A DNA stretch of 64,000 bases from Vicugna vicugna. Its lineage: Eukaryota. Every line of letters begins with the position of its first letter. Position 1 is the first letter of the stretch. A model generated the notes under the pieces. It saw nothing but the letters and a program-made list of their open reading frames with translations, was not told where the DNA came from and did no database searches. Where the stretch lies: positions 2,386,686 to 2,450,685 of the forward strand of contig MU058337.1 of assembly GCA_013265495.1 (NCBI GenBank). Reading direction: 5' to 3'. This document shows, in pieces, positions 37,509 to 50,364 of this stretch. The position numbers and the translations under genes were made by a program.

Positions 37509-38798
37509 TGGATTAAGCAGTAACCATGAGACGTGGTCTGTATCACCTGATGACGCCCAGCAGAAACTGTAGCCCCCAAACCAGCATGAAATCATATATT
37601 CTAGTATTAAAACAACTCTAAAATTATATTCTATAGTTGTTTTTTTCCTTGCTACATATGTTTCAAATTCCTTAATATCCAAATTGCATATCATTGGCTA
37701 ATTAAGATTACAGATCTAGATAGGATAAGAAAAAAAAGTATTATGCAGTTTTAGATGAGGAAGTGGAGACATTTCCTCCACATTTGATAAGATATTTCTT
37801 TCCAGGCATCAACATTATACTCTCTCCACTGACTAGAGCCTCAAATAGAGAGACTTTTAGTGAAAGTATGGAGGATGACTGAAAAAAATAATTTCCACCA
37901 TTTGTGGTGCTTTCAGAGGTCAGATGTCTATTGATCAAGACTGACCCTGGGAAATTGGTGGATATTTTTATCTTGTGGCAAAGACAAAAAAAGCTCACTT
38001 TAAAATTTCCAAAATACAAATGATCTTCTTCTTTTCAGCGTGCTTGAATAGGCTGGGGAAAAAGTAATTTCAAGTGTTTGTTGGGATCTGTGCCGAATGA
38101 TATATAATGCTCTCCTGGGTTGACATTCAAATAGCAAAGTCATTAACTAAGAACCTAAATACATAGTACTGAACACTTAAGAAATTGTATGCTAGAGATT
38201 TCAGAACTTCCATATATAAAGGTAAATAATCAGTAGTTCTCTTTTCCAATTCTTTATTCCTAGACAATATTGACTCTGACTTTGAAAGAAGTGATACACA
38301 TTTATTACAGCTTCATTTCTCAATTACTTGTATTTTTCCAGTGGATCAGATTTTACAAAACACATTCTCACATAATAACATCTTTGGTCCTAATATAGCC
38401 CCATGAATTGGGCCAGCCAGGCATGATTAAATTCAATTTCCCATCCCAGAAATAGGCAAGGTAGCTATTTTCACTTCAGGCTGGTTGTAAACTGACCTGG
38501 ACTTGACTGTTGGTTCTGGAATTCACTGCCAATTAAGAACGCGTACAAATAACTTGTCAATTGAATCATTCAAATATATTTCCCAGGCACCTACCATGTG
38601 GCTGGTACTTTCCTGAGAACCGGGTCACCTTGTGGTCCTTAATAGGCATGGGACCTACATATGCGTGTATATAGAGGCTGGTCTGCCTTTTTAAAGCGTA
38701 GTCCACCAGCCTAAAAGGGAGAGTGCTTTCTCTTACATTCTGCCATCTTAACACCTTGAAAATTATTAATTAGGACATTTTAATAAGTTTTTTTTCCC

Positions 38799-38917
38799 TA
38801 GATGTTAACTAGAGTTGTTGTGGTGATCATTTTACATCAGATTCAAATATTGAACCATCCTGCTGTACACCTGAAACTAATATAATGTTATCTGTCAATC
38901 ACACCTCAATAAAACAA
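38799..38917 (+). mobile_element. Short L1 3' end (L1MA/L1MB-type) with probable TSD
   Basis: tgtggtgatcattttaca...tgtacacctgaaactaatataatgttatctgtcaat...ctcaataaaa, flanked by aagttttttttc and aagtattttttc. Confidence 0.8.
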
Positions 38918-39883
38918 AAGTATTTTTTCAGAGATTTTTTATTTTATTTTATTTTTGAATTTACTTGGATTCTAAAAGTATTTCAACTTCAGATTAAGTT
39001 ATTGTTAATGGAAATAATAATGCTACAAGCAACCCATCATCTACAGTTAGTGTTCTACAGTGTCTATGGCTTGTCAAGAGAGCAGCATCAAAGGTCGCTC
39101 ACCTGTATTTTGTAGCAACTGTACCAGAAGGCTTTCCTAGGAAACGGAGGAATTGTTTTAAGCCTTTTATGCTGGTGCGGCTCTCACCTCCTTCTTTATT
39201 CTTGTGGGCTCCTAAGGCTCACTCTTCACTATGCTTATGTCCGTAGCCACCTCCTCTGCTTGATGGTGGCTTCTGGCGTGAACTCTGATTTTGCCCTACC
39301 TACATAGCTCCCTTTCACCAGATTCGTGTTGCTATGTGAAAGCTGCTGCTCACAATAATTCTTAAAGCAACACATGCTTCTCCATTGCATCATTTAGCAA
39401 CTGTTACTCTAGACTTACTGCGTAAGGCAGACAATAACAGCCTCCGCTCTCAAAGTTTATTCTTCATAAGAACAGAAAAAAGTTCTTTTAACTCAATATT
39501 GACTTCATGGGCCCAGGGCATACCATAGAGTTCGCTACATATTTGTTGATGAGGTTTAAGAGTGATTCATGACACATCCATGGTTTTCTCTGTCCTGTGT
39601 GGAGACAATGCTATAGGATTTATATGTCTGTTAATTTGTAAGCATGTCACAGTACACATTATTTTAGAGATGCATTAAGAAACATTCAACTGACACTCCA
39701 TATGCCAGTGGTTCTGTTAGAGGGTTTTGGTTTTATTTGATAATCTGCTTTGAGACTAGAACTGTACAAAAGAGGGATTCAATAATTTCCTAAATATTCT
39801 CAGTTATATGTAGGAGGACATTGAACAAAGTTTAGTTTTTTGCAAAGCATTTAAGTATCTATCAGCATGACTGTAGTTTAATA

Positions 39884-40100
39884 AAGATTGGTCAATGTAT
39901 TATGGAAAGGGTCAAATAGTAAAGATTTTAGGCTCTGTGAGCCATACGGTCTCTGTGGCAATTACCCAACTTTTCTGCTTTTCAAAAGAAGCCACAAATT
40001 ATACATAACAAATGAGATGGCTGTGTTGCAATGAAATATTATTTAGAAAAACAGGTGGAGGACAGAATTTGACCCATGGGTTCTAATTTGCAGACTCCTG
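39884..40100. mobile_element. MER58A (hAT-Charlie MITE), near full length
   Basis: aaagggtcaaatagtaaagattttaggctctgtgagccatacggtctctgtggca...ggctgtgttgcaatgaaa...aaaacaggtgg...tttgcagactcctg; probable 8-bp TSD gtttaata (39876-39883) / atttaata (40101-40108). Confidence 0.9.
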
Positions 40101-40140
40101 ATTTAATAAATTACAAATGCACTCTGGGATCACATCTTTA

Positions 40141-41160
40141 CAAATTTTTTTAATTAAAAAATTGTTGAAATATAGTTATTTATAATATTGTATTAGTTTC
40201 CGGTGTGGAGCATAGTGACTCAGTTATACACACATATTATTTTTCATATTCTTTATCATTATAGGTTATTATAAGATATTGACTATAGTTCCCTGTGCTA
40301 TACAGTAGTACCTCGTTTTTCTTCTATTTTATATAGAGTAGGTTGTATCTACAAATCCCAGACTCCTAATTTGTCCCTCCCCCTCTTCTTTCCCCACTGG
40401 TAACCATAGGTTTGTGTTCTATGTCTATAAATCAGTTTCTGTTTCTTCTTTATCCACTTACCTGTTGATGGACATTTAGGTTGCTTCTGTGTCTTGGCTG
40501 TTGTAAATAGTGCTGCTGTGAACATTGAGGTGCATGCATCTTTTTGAATTAGTTTTCTCCAGATGTGTACCCAGGAGTGGGATTGGTAGATCATATGGTA
40601 AGTCTATTTTCAGTTTTTTTGTTTAAGGAATCGCTCACTATTTTCCATGGTAGCTGCACCAAATTACATTCCCAACAACAGTGTAGCTGAGTTCCCTTTT
40701 CTCCACATCCTCTCCAGCATTTATCATTTGTGGACTTTTGGTTTTGGCCATTCTGACCTGTGTGAGGTGATAACTCACTGTAGTTTTGATTTGCATTTCT
40801 CTGATAATTAGCAATATTGAGCCTCTTATCTAGTGCCTCTTGGCCATCTGTATGTCTTCATTGGAGAAATGACGGTTTAGGTCTTCTGCCCATTTTTTGA
40901 TTGGGTTGCTTGTTTTTTTGTTATTGAGTTGTATGAACTGTTTGTGTATTCTGGAAATTAAGCCCTTGTCAGTCACGTCACTTACAAATATTTCCTCCCA
41001 GTCTGTATGTTGTCTTTCATTTTATTTATGGTACCCTTTGCTGTGCAAAAGCTTGTAAGTTTTTTAGGTCTCATTTGTTTATTTTTGCTTTGTTTCTATT
41101 GCCTGGGTAGACTGCCCTGGGAGAACATTGCTAATTTACGTCAGAGAATGTTTTGCTTCA
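40141..41160 (-). mobile_element. L1 (cetartiodactyl-type 3'UTR), ~1 kb, 5'-truncated
   Basis: T-rich left end, cattataggttattataagatattgactatagttccctgtgctatacagtag and ORF2 remnants (CTSMFTAALFTTAKTQKQPKCPST on minus); probable TSD ggatcacatcttta / ggatcactttttaa. Confidence 0.92.
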
Positions 41161-41779
41161 GGATCACTTTTTAATGATTTTTGGAACCCATAGGGGTTGG
41201 GAGACACATGGAAGAACTGCCTCCATAAGGATTTCACACAGCTACTCGTAGCCTATCAGCAGCTTTTGGTTCTCTATGAAAACTTAATTGTGAACTTCAT
41301 ATAATCTTTGATTTTATAGTGATTCTTGACCATCTTTCTTCCTCCAGAGTATAAACATGTGCACCTTAGTCACATCCATGTCATCTCTCAGCGGTGAGGC
41401 ATCAAGAATGTCTGATAATTAAACTAAAGCAATCTTAACAAAGTGGTTATTTGTTGACTTTTAATAATCCCAGAGCCTTTAGTCCTTGCATGTCTTTCGT
41501 CCTCTTGCATTTGTTTTTGTATTTATGTTTATCTGAGAGTTAAAAAATAGCTTGGTCTTTTTTTTTTTCCCCCAATAACTTCCCTTCAATTAACATTTAA
41601 TAGAAAAGAGATTTCTCAATGCTGTTTGCTTAGGACCAACACATGCTACATGTATTTTTTAATTTTGTTACACTAAGAGGCAAAGCCCTTAGTAAGTTAG
41701 ATAATGGACATTAATATTTTGTTGTGTGTTGGTTCCGGGTGTAAAGTCTGCTTTGTTTTCTTGATAATTTCTTTACTCT

Positions 41780-41905
41780 ATCAATGGCTAGGACAACTGG
41801 CTGGCTCTGCATGACTTGTCTCTCTCCGTCTCCTTGGATCAGTGGGCTAACCTAGTCAGCCTCTTCTCACAGTGATGGATGGAAGCACAAAAGAGCACAG
41901 ACATC
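41780..41905 (-). mobile_element. MLT1 (MaLR) LTR fragment
   Basis: ggctctgcatgacttgtctctc...cagtgggctaacctagtcagcctcttctcacagtgatgg. Confidence 0.45.
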
Positions 41906-43409
41906 CATTATAGATGAAAATATGCCATTCCTCCGTCAACAGTAAGAGCCATTATGAGAGAAGTGAGAAAGGAAAACCAGAATGGTACCAATACTTTAAA
42001 GACAGCAGCTCTGGTGGTTATGACCTTGAGATGATCTGTTAGCTGCACCATGCTTGTGTGCCCCTAGAAAGCCTCTGCATACTGCCAGGGCTTCTCAAAA
42101 CTCATCTAAACCATTAAATATCACACATTTCATCTCAATAATTAAGAATAACCTAAAACTTTAAAATGTTTTGTGACGATGATAAAAATATATACAGCAT
42201 GATCATAGAGTCTTGAAATAAGTGTCTTTAATTTTTTTCTGTTGATTAATAGGTTGATTTTACAGATTAAAATTCCTCTGCTTGCTTCTAGTGGAATATG
42301 CCAGAAGCCCATTTTATTCACTGAAAACCAGAGAGAAAAATTATCTGAAGCAACACAGCAGATAATTTTCATGTATTGATAGAAACACTGCATTAGCATA
42401 CCACACATTAAAATTTTGAACAGAACACAAAACTATGCATTTTCTAATGAGACAACTTACTGAATATATGTTGTAAAGTAATATAATATCCATGAACATT
42501 TATCAAGTTAATTTACTTGTTTCCAGACTTAGTGGACATCTTAACATAATTTTAAAAAGGAGATTTTGTCAATCAATGTAAACCACATTAATATTTCAAA
42601 AAGTTACAAAAAAGGCTCCGTGATGAGCATGATTTAAACTATCAAACAGAAATATTGCAGTAAGAGACCTAGAAATACTGAACTATAGCTTTTAGTATTT
42701 GCAGATACTCATGCTTTGAAGGACAATTATATTTGGACTTAATCATTTTGTTATTTCATATATAATTTACTGATATAATTGACATATATATGCCTATATG
42801 TAATATCTTCCTTTTGTCTTAGTTTTTTTAAATGATATTTTAAAATTTTATCGTTTTTGACATAGAGTGAGTATTTTCCTATAATTTAAATATTTGAATC
42901 TTGCTTTTAAATATGTAGCTCTTCACAATATTATTATGTGGGCAAGTCTGATGCAAAAGTCACAATTGCAAACGGTTTTTGTTTTTTTGGTAATATAAAT
43001 CCTATTTGATTAGTAATTAATTCTGTTTTACATTCATTGTTATTAATTTGTTTTTAATATTCTTGAGCACTCATTGGTTTCTTCTCTTATTTTGGAGGTA
43101 TTCCTTGTTAAATTGAGTGTATACACAGTGTGTTAGGTAAAGTGTTTCAAATGGCATATATAAAAGAAAACTTTTTAGGAAAGGCAATGCTTTTTTATTT
43201 TTCAGATTCATTCGAAATGCTTTTGCATGAATGTCTTTCACTTTAAAGTATTTATTAATGTTCAGAAAAAATTATTCTTACTGCAAAAATTGCCTTTTAC
43301 TGTATGTTGAATAGAAAAAGTAGTAATCAGAATTCCCAAATACACATTGTCCTTTCATATGAAAACAAGTCGCTGTCTCTTTTCTAGTAAAATCATTGTA
43401 CATACTAAT

Positions 43410-44335
43410 GTATCTTGAATATTTACTGCTAGCTCAGAACCTTGCTCCTAGCCTAGACTTTTTGTTTACAAGTGACTGGATATTTGCGTGGGATGTCTCA
43501 GAGAAATCTCCAACCTTAGCAGAACGAAAACAAAGCCCTTCACTTTCTACTCCCCCACACATTCATCCCTCTCCTGGGACTCACTGACTCTGCAGCTGGC
43601 ATCTCTATTTGTTTTTTTGTGAGTTGTTTTTTTTTTTTTTTTCACTTTTTTTTGCCAGAAAACTAAGAGTCATCCTTGACCTCCTTTCTTTCTCACACCC
43701 ACTCGTAACATCCTCCTGACTGTTCTCTTCTCCCTGTGTCTTCTCCTGATCCATTTCCACCCAGGCTCCACGGGACAATCTGAATCATCTAAGAATAATA
43801 TACATTTGGTCCTGTCACTTGTTCACCTAAAACTCCTCAGTGACGGCCATGATGCTCAGGATCAAACCTAAAGGCTTTGCTGCTCTGATGGATACTCTAA
43901 GCTCTTCTTCCCTCTGACTGTACAGCTGTATTTCTCACACCTTTTCCCACTCATGCAAGGTGCCAACACTGCACTGAATTTCCTGTAGTTCCTCGAGTCC
44001 TGTGCCCCCTTTCAGAATTATCGTCTTCATAAACACCTGGAATGGTTGGTTTTCCCACCTCCTTGGTGGGCATAATTCTCCTCATTCTTGAAATTAAAGG
44101 TTAAATTTAACTTCCTGGAAAGGCTGCCTTTAGACCCCTTATTTTTTCCTTCACTGCATGTCTTACAGTCTCTAATTGTATGATCACTTTTGCACAATGC
44201 GTTGGCTTTCTCCTCCATTCGGTTGTGTGATCCATGGGGACAAGAGACTTGGTCCTGTTTGGCTGTTGTAGCACTAGTACCTAATAGCATCAGATATACA
44301 TCATATTACACATGTTGTTAGTGTTCTTGTGAATT
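43410..44335 (+). mobile_element. L2 LINE 3' portion
   Basis: gggatgtctca...ccagaaaactaagagtcatccttgacctcct...cctaaaactcctcagtgac...acttcctggaaaggctgcct...ccatggggacaagagacttggtcctgtt. Confidence 0.85.
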
Positions 44336-45846
44336 GGCTTTGCTCAAACGGTTGTTTCTTTGGCTGGCTTTTGAATGCGAGATTTTGCTGGATAGTTATT
44401 TTTCTATTAGCCCCTAGAAACTGGATCACACCACCCTGGCCCGGGTGGTCACACACAGCTGCAGCTAAGAATTCCCGTTGTGTGTGTATTCTATGCCTTG
44501 GGTTCCGATTCATTCAGAAACATGGTGAACGCTCTGGACTCTGATTCTTCCTGATTCAAACAAGTAAAAACTAATCCTTTGACACCATCTTGGTGTCCCA
44601 ATATAGATAGATAAGGACATTGTAATATTGCAAAACAGTGGCAAACCAAAGGCAGGGTGGTGGAAGCAGCCATCTTTGGGGATTTTAGAGAACTCAGAAG
44701 CTGTCATTGTCTGTAGAGACTTACAAGGCAATAATGATGCTCACCAAAAGTCAGTCTGTTTTTGTTACCACCCTTGTCAGGCAATTGTAAACAGTGTCAG
44801 TGATTTAAAAAAAAAAAAAAAGCTTATGTTGGTCTAAGTTCTAAACAATGCCATGACTAAGGTTGAGTTTTCATTCTAAACATGTATCCTTTAAATTAGC
44901 AAAATTATTAGTTATCCTTTAATAAACGCTGTTGTCTACTTGAAAATCAATTTAAACAGTCCCCCATTCCCTGGTCAGTTCCTGCCACAAGACTCAGCTC
45001 CGTGCTTATGTTTTAAGAGTTTAGTTCAAAATGGTTTGAAATCCTCTGGGCCAAGTTGGGCACAGCTCCTGTCTCCAAAGAGTCCTGCATCTTTCTGCAC
45101 TGAAGCAATAGATTTGAAATAAATGATGCTATCCCAGGGATTATAAAGACAAAAAAGCAGGACTTGAGTTGCTTCACTTCTTTTATGTCACCACTCAGAG
45201 TCTTTATTTCTGCTTGAAACAAAACAATGAAACAGCAGTTTATAGCAAGATGTGTATTTTTGCTTGGAAAGTTCAAATTTTAGTTCATGCATAAAAAATT
45301 TTCATGAAATTATCTTGAAAATTAAAATGTTTCCTTCCTTATTACTTTATTTTGATACTAAAAACCAATTAAGACAATGAAAGACTTCAGTAGTGTTATT
45401 TACTAGTTGCCTAAATTGAACCTTTTGCAAACATCTTAGTTTTATTAAAATCCATTTATTACTAGTTAATTACTTGCCCAACATTACTATATCATTATTA
45501 TATCCAAAGGATCAAAATTTAATCTGTTGGGGAGATAAAGAAACGATTACAACAGTAGTTGTGCCACTTTCCCTATTTTTGTACTATAACTAAATAAATA
45601 CATTTATTATTTTTACTGGGATAATTATAATATCTACATAAAATACTATAAAAGACAAAAATAACTCTCTGCATTTCCCTTCTGGCCATTATATCAAATA
45701 GCAATAACTTCTTGATTACGATTGAAAATAAATGAGTGATAACGAGGAGGAGGTGTTAGGAAGGGCTCTGCTCTGGTGCCAGATACGCCAGGTGTGTCAC
45801 CAGTGCAAGGTAATGAAGTATGCGCTCAACGTGGCAGACACAGTAC

Positions 45847-46184
45847 TGTGTGTTCATGAAGTTTTTTCAGATCCCTCCTTTGTGCGTGGGAACACCAGCT
45901 TTCCCAGTCCCCGTACACCTGTGGGTCTGTGTGGTTGTCGCAGCCACAGAACATACGTGGAGGTCATGGCATGGCTGCCAGGCCTGTCCCTTCCGTGTGT
46001 AGATGGGTAATGCAGAGGGTCCCCTGGAGGACTCCACGGAGTGAGTCTGTGAAGATTATGTGCAGCTGATCTCCCAAGATGGCCTTGGAGCCTCAGCAAG
46101 AAATGGATCTTCATTAGGTGTGAGGCCAGTGGGATTTCAGGTTGATATGTTACTGTAGTTCAGCTTGCCTACCCTGATCAATAC
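45847..46184 (+). mobile_element. MLT1 (H/I/J-like) MaLR LTR
   Basis: 3' end tgtgaggccagtgggatttcaggttgatatgttactgtagttcagcttgcctaccctgatcaataca is typical of late MLT1. Confidence 0.7.
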
Positions 46185-46339
46185 ATCTCGCCTCCAAATA
46201 AACATAAAGCTTGGGCAGTGCAGGGAGGAGGATGGGGAGTGAGTGTGAATCTAGGAAAAGCTTTATGGTGAAGTGGAGTTTGCCATGAGCTCTGAGGCAG
46301 AGTTGCAGTCAACCAGCTCTTGAATGCTCTCAGTACTTG

Positions 46340-46745
46340 CCTTACGTTTTCATGTCTTCAAGCACGGCTCAGAGTTTTCCCAAAGCCAGGTATGCCTTTT
46401 CCTATGTTTAAATATCAATGCCCAGAAATAAAATGTCATCTTCTTAAGAAGCCTTCCCTGAACTCCCAGCAATGCTCTTTTTAAATTTCAGACTAGCTTC
46501 ATATATCACCTTCATGATTATGAAACTTACTTCATGCGTTATTAAGAGCTAGTTGTTTACATTATTGTCTCATTGTCTAGCTTGTGATTTCCTTAAGGTC
46601 AAAGATCATATTGTTTGGACCCTTCTGTGTCCCGAGGCACATAAGAAAGCATTTGTACATGGCCATTTCATCATTTATTTACAAACATAAATGTTTACTA
46701 CCTATGAGTCACGCTCCATAATGGGCCTGGGGATCAATACACATG
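46340..46745. mobile_element. L2 3' end (+) abutting an antisense L2 3' end
   Basis: aaatgtcatcttcttaagaagccttccctga...tgtgatttccttaaggtcaaagatcat, then catttatttacaaacataaatgtttactacctatgagtca. Confidence 0.6.
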
Positions 46746-47150
46746 TGTCTAATTGAGTTGAAATTTGTTAGTGAGATACAGAAAAGCGTCATAGGCTGAT
46801 GGAAGTGTTCTGAGTTCAGGCTTGCATTGTACAAGGACAAGGATTGTGTGAGGACCTAGAAGTTCAAGCACATTTGGGCTCGTAGTGGGACTTATAGCTT
46901 AGAGAGGGCAGAGCAGTTGGGAAGAAAGTCTTGAATGCCAAGTGGAATACACTCCTCAATGAGGAGAAGACAACTAAGTTCAGTAGTGTAGCCCTTGGCC
47001 AGCAGAAAACCCACAGAAATAAAATACATAAAGCAAGTTTTGACTCTATTATGGAATATATGAAAAATGTATGGTGTCTAGTCTCAAATTATTACTCTAT
47101 GTCAGGGCTATATGTACAGTTCAACAAGTCTACAGTCAGCTGCTAATTTG

Positions 47151-47302
47151 CTTCTTTTCTTTTCTTTTCCTTTCTTTTCTTTTCTCTTTTCTTTTCTTTT
47201 CTCTTTTCTTTTCTTTCCTTTTCTTTTCCTTTCCTTTCCTTTTCCTTTCCTTTTCCTTTTCCTTTTCTTTTCTCTTCTCTTCTTTTCTTTTCTTTTCTTT
47301 TC
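47151..47302. repeat. (CTTTT/CCTTTT)n pure polypyrimidine tract, 152 bp
   Basis: Only C and T on the plus strand from 47151 to 47302. Confidence 0.97.
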
Positions 47303-49019
47303 ACTTCCTAGATTTCCTGATTGGGCAAAAGTTATCTACGGAAGTTAAAGAACAGTGAAATTAAAAACACACTTTCAGTCCATTAGGGTGATGCGTGCCC
47401 CACAGGCGGACCACAAGGAATCCCTGGCGTGGTGCCTGATTGCCTGCATTGCTGGGGTTTCCACTTAACGCCCTGCCACGGCCCTCTGCAGATACGCGTG
47501 GCTGCCTTGGTCTGGGTGTGTTTCATATTGAATGGCATTGGCGGTCCACGTGGCTCCGTAAGGAAATATAATACCGGTCTTGTAGAGAGCTGTGTGATTT
47601 ACACTGGTACTGACTGGCTTCAGATTCAAACCTTAGCTGCTGTTTCACAACAGACAACTATGATTTTAACTGAACGTGCTAATATCATGACCATTATGAA
47701 ACAATGGTCCAAGGTAAACATTCTGAAGAAAAGGTTTCCTTATGGTAACATGAGCAGTTTCAATGTTTAAATTATATTGAGTATAATGTTTATGAAAACA
47801 TGTAAGGGATTTTTAATCTAGAGCACGTATCTACAAGAAATAAAATGTTTAAAAGAATCGTTTAATGCTGTGGCATTGTCTACATGAATACATTATTCTT
47901 TAAGCACCATTCAGCCAAATTGCCCCTACAAGCTTGGGGAAGTCAAAGATTCTTCCTACCGGCCACATCAGGACCTGCTTCAGAACGTACTTCAGGGATA
48001 TGTTATCTTATATTGATATTATAAAGCTGTGGCCTCTTGGAGGCTTTTCCACATAGGCGTCTGCTTTGTTTTGAGGGGCCTGTGATTCAGGAGCTGAACG
48101 GACACCACTGGATGACTTATGTCATTAACCCAGGTTCTTCCTACTAAGCACACAGACTTACTTGTGTAGGCACAAGTCTACTTACTTGTCTTTTAAGGGA
48201 AAAAAAGGAAAACAAAACATTTGATTTCATTCAGTTATGCAGTTTGGGTTGTTATTGTGAGATGGGAGTGAAATGACAGAGCATGATTTTACATGAAACC
48301 AGCATCCTCCAGGGAAAACTTCATCAGGTGGTCCCTTTTGCTAAGTGATGATTGCTTACTTTTACTGTGGTCAAATTATGTAGTCCTAAATGAGCAGGAG
48401 GTGGGGAGCATCCCATGTGGGCTGTGAGGACCAGGACCACTGCACCAACCAAGGCAGGGCTGCCTTCTTGGGGAAGAAGAAACAGGAATGTCCTAAGACT
48501 ATGACACTGAAATTCCTTAGCTCTAAATCTTAATCCCACAGTGACCCTTACCACGCTGTTCTCCCTGACTCATCTGGACCCTGGTTTTTCCTTTCATGTT
48601 AGCTCACTCGTATTTCTATTTCTCCTCTCCGAGGAGCTGGCCGCTTGCCATAGCTCTCCAAATTAGTCCCCAGTTTGGTTTTAGCATTCTACTCTTGGCT
48701 ACCTACTTTCATTCCTGACCAGTTGCATTTGATCTGTTTTTCTTGGCACCAGCTCCAGTGAGAGAAAAATACATAAATAAATAAAAGAGCTTTTCCCCTT
48801 TAAGGAAAAGAGATTTACAAAGCATGATTCAGCACTTTGTGTGCGGAAGTTTGTGTTATCATCCACAGTTTAGTTGCAATGAGGGTTGAGATTAAATGTC
48901 AAAAATTTGCCCAAGGTGTCAAATATTTCTATCTTGGGAGACAACTAAAGACTAAATTTAGGATTTTTTCATTCCAGAGCCTTGCCTATTAATCAGTAAC
49001 ACACGTAACTATATACACT

Positions 49020-49135
49020 TAATTGTTCCTTCTTAGAAACATTTTTTGAGCACTTATTATAGGCAAGGTCTTGAGGATAAAAATTCAAGCATAATGATCT
49101 CACTCTTGGGCTGGATTTCTTATTCTGGAGAAAGT
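49020..49135 (-). mobile_element. L2 3' end (antisense)
   Basis: aaacattttttgagcacttattataggcaagg. Confidence 0.55.
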
Positions 49136-49936
49136 ATTCTGTTTCATGAAAGATCTGAAAATGCAAGGAGAAGATGGTGTGTATCACAGAACATTGAGGC
49201 ATTATCTGTGAGCTCTTCAGGAATCTAGAACCAAGTCATGAGGGACACTCTGTCGAGGCCCAGAGAGTCACAGGTGCTGAGGGTGAACAAGGAAGGACAG
49301 CACCCCTCCAGGATGGAGAAAGGTGCAGGGACCCCAGCACATGGCGAGACACCAGCGGAGTGCAGTACACATGGCGACTCAGGGAGGAGTCTCAAAATTC
49401 CTTCTGAGAAAATACAATAAATCAGAGCATCTTTCCATGTGGGCTTGTGGGCCAACCGGTTGCCCACGGGGAAGCTTCTTGATTTCGAGATTGAAAGCAC
49501 GGGGAACTAATCTAACTGATTTGCACCAAAGGCATCGTGGATGTGTATGGACCACACAGAAGTCCCAAGAATGAAGTCACACAGAGCGGATAATGAACAA
49601 TATAGAAACACAGGAGGAGAACCATTGTTCTACTCATTGTGTTTCCCAAACCAAAGCGGCCTGGGGGACAAGCATGGTACAAACAGTATTTTTCTGGTGC
49701 CACTCTCCACGCTGCTAGAATTCTGGGCTCCTGAAAAATGCCTTCAAGTAGGATTCCTCCTTAGAATATGTGTCTCGGAGAGGTCTCTTTGGTACTTCTC
49801 CCACCAGGCCCCTTGTTTCCCGTTTTGTGTTTGCTGTTTTTCCTCAGTCCCTTGGAATCACCGTCATCACATCTGCTCTTGATGCTGAGATTTGAACTGG
49901 AAGCTCATGAATATCTACCGATAAAGCCTTTGCCAC

Positions 49937-50364
49937 TGTACTGTGGACAAAAGAGGCGCTGGTGCCAACGCCCCATCTAATTCGGCCGCTGCTTTCCCTT
50001 GAACCTGTCAGTGTTACATTATTGGGAAAAGAGGTCTTTGCCAATGTGATTAAGGAAACTGCGATGGGGAGAGGATCGTGGGTGATCCAGGTAGGTCCTT
50101 CATGTCACCACGTAAGAGACAGGAGGAAGGAGACGGTGTGTGAACTCGAGGCAGAGATGGCCTGCAGCCTCCAGAAGCTGGGCGAGGCGAGGAGGACGTT
50201 CCCCTTACAGCCCTGGAAGGAGTGTCGTCTTGTAATTCTGTGACGTCAGCCCAGAGATGCTGACTTTGGACTTCAGGCCTCCAGACTGTGAAAGAATGCA
50301 TTCCTCTTCTTTTAAGCCATCAAGCTTGTGGTAATTATTACAGCAGCCACAGGAAACTAACACA
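49937..50364 (+). mobile_element. MLT1C/D MaLR solo LTR with 5-bp TSD
   Basis: TG...CA ends; gaacctgtcagtgttacatt..aaaagaggtctttgccaatgtgattaag, ccagaagctgg, ggcctccagactgtga, ttttaagccatcaagcttgtggtaatt..acagcagccacaggaaactaacaca; TSD GCCAC at 49932-49936 and 50365-50369. Confidence 0.92.

Noticed and set aside
40349..40594. 81-aa ORF with L1 ORF2 C-terminal motifs
   Set aside because: Broken remnant of a truncated L1, not a host gene.
47071..47358. Phe/Ser/Leu-rich ORFs resembling membrane proteins
   Set aside because: They are translations of the CTTTT microsatellite.
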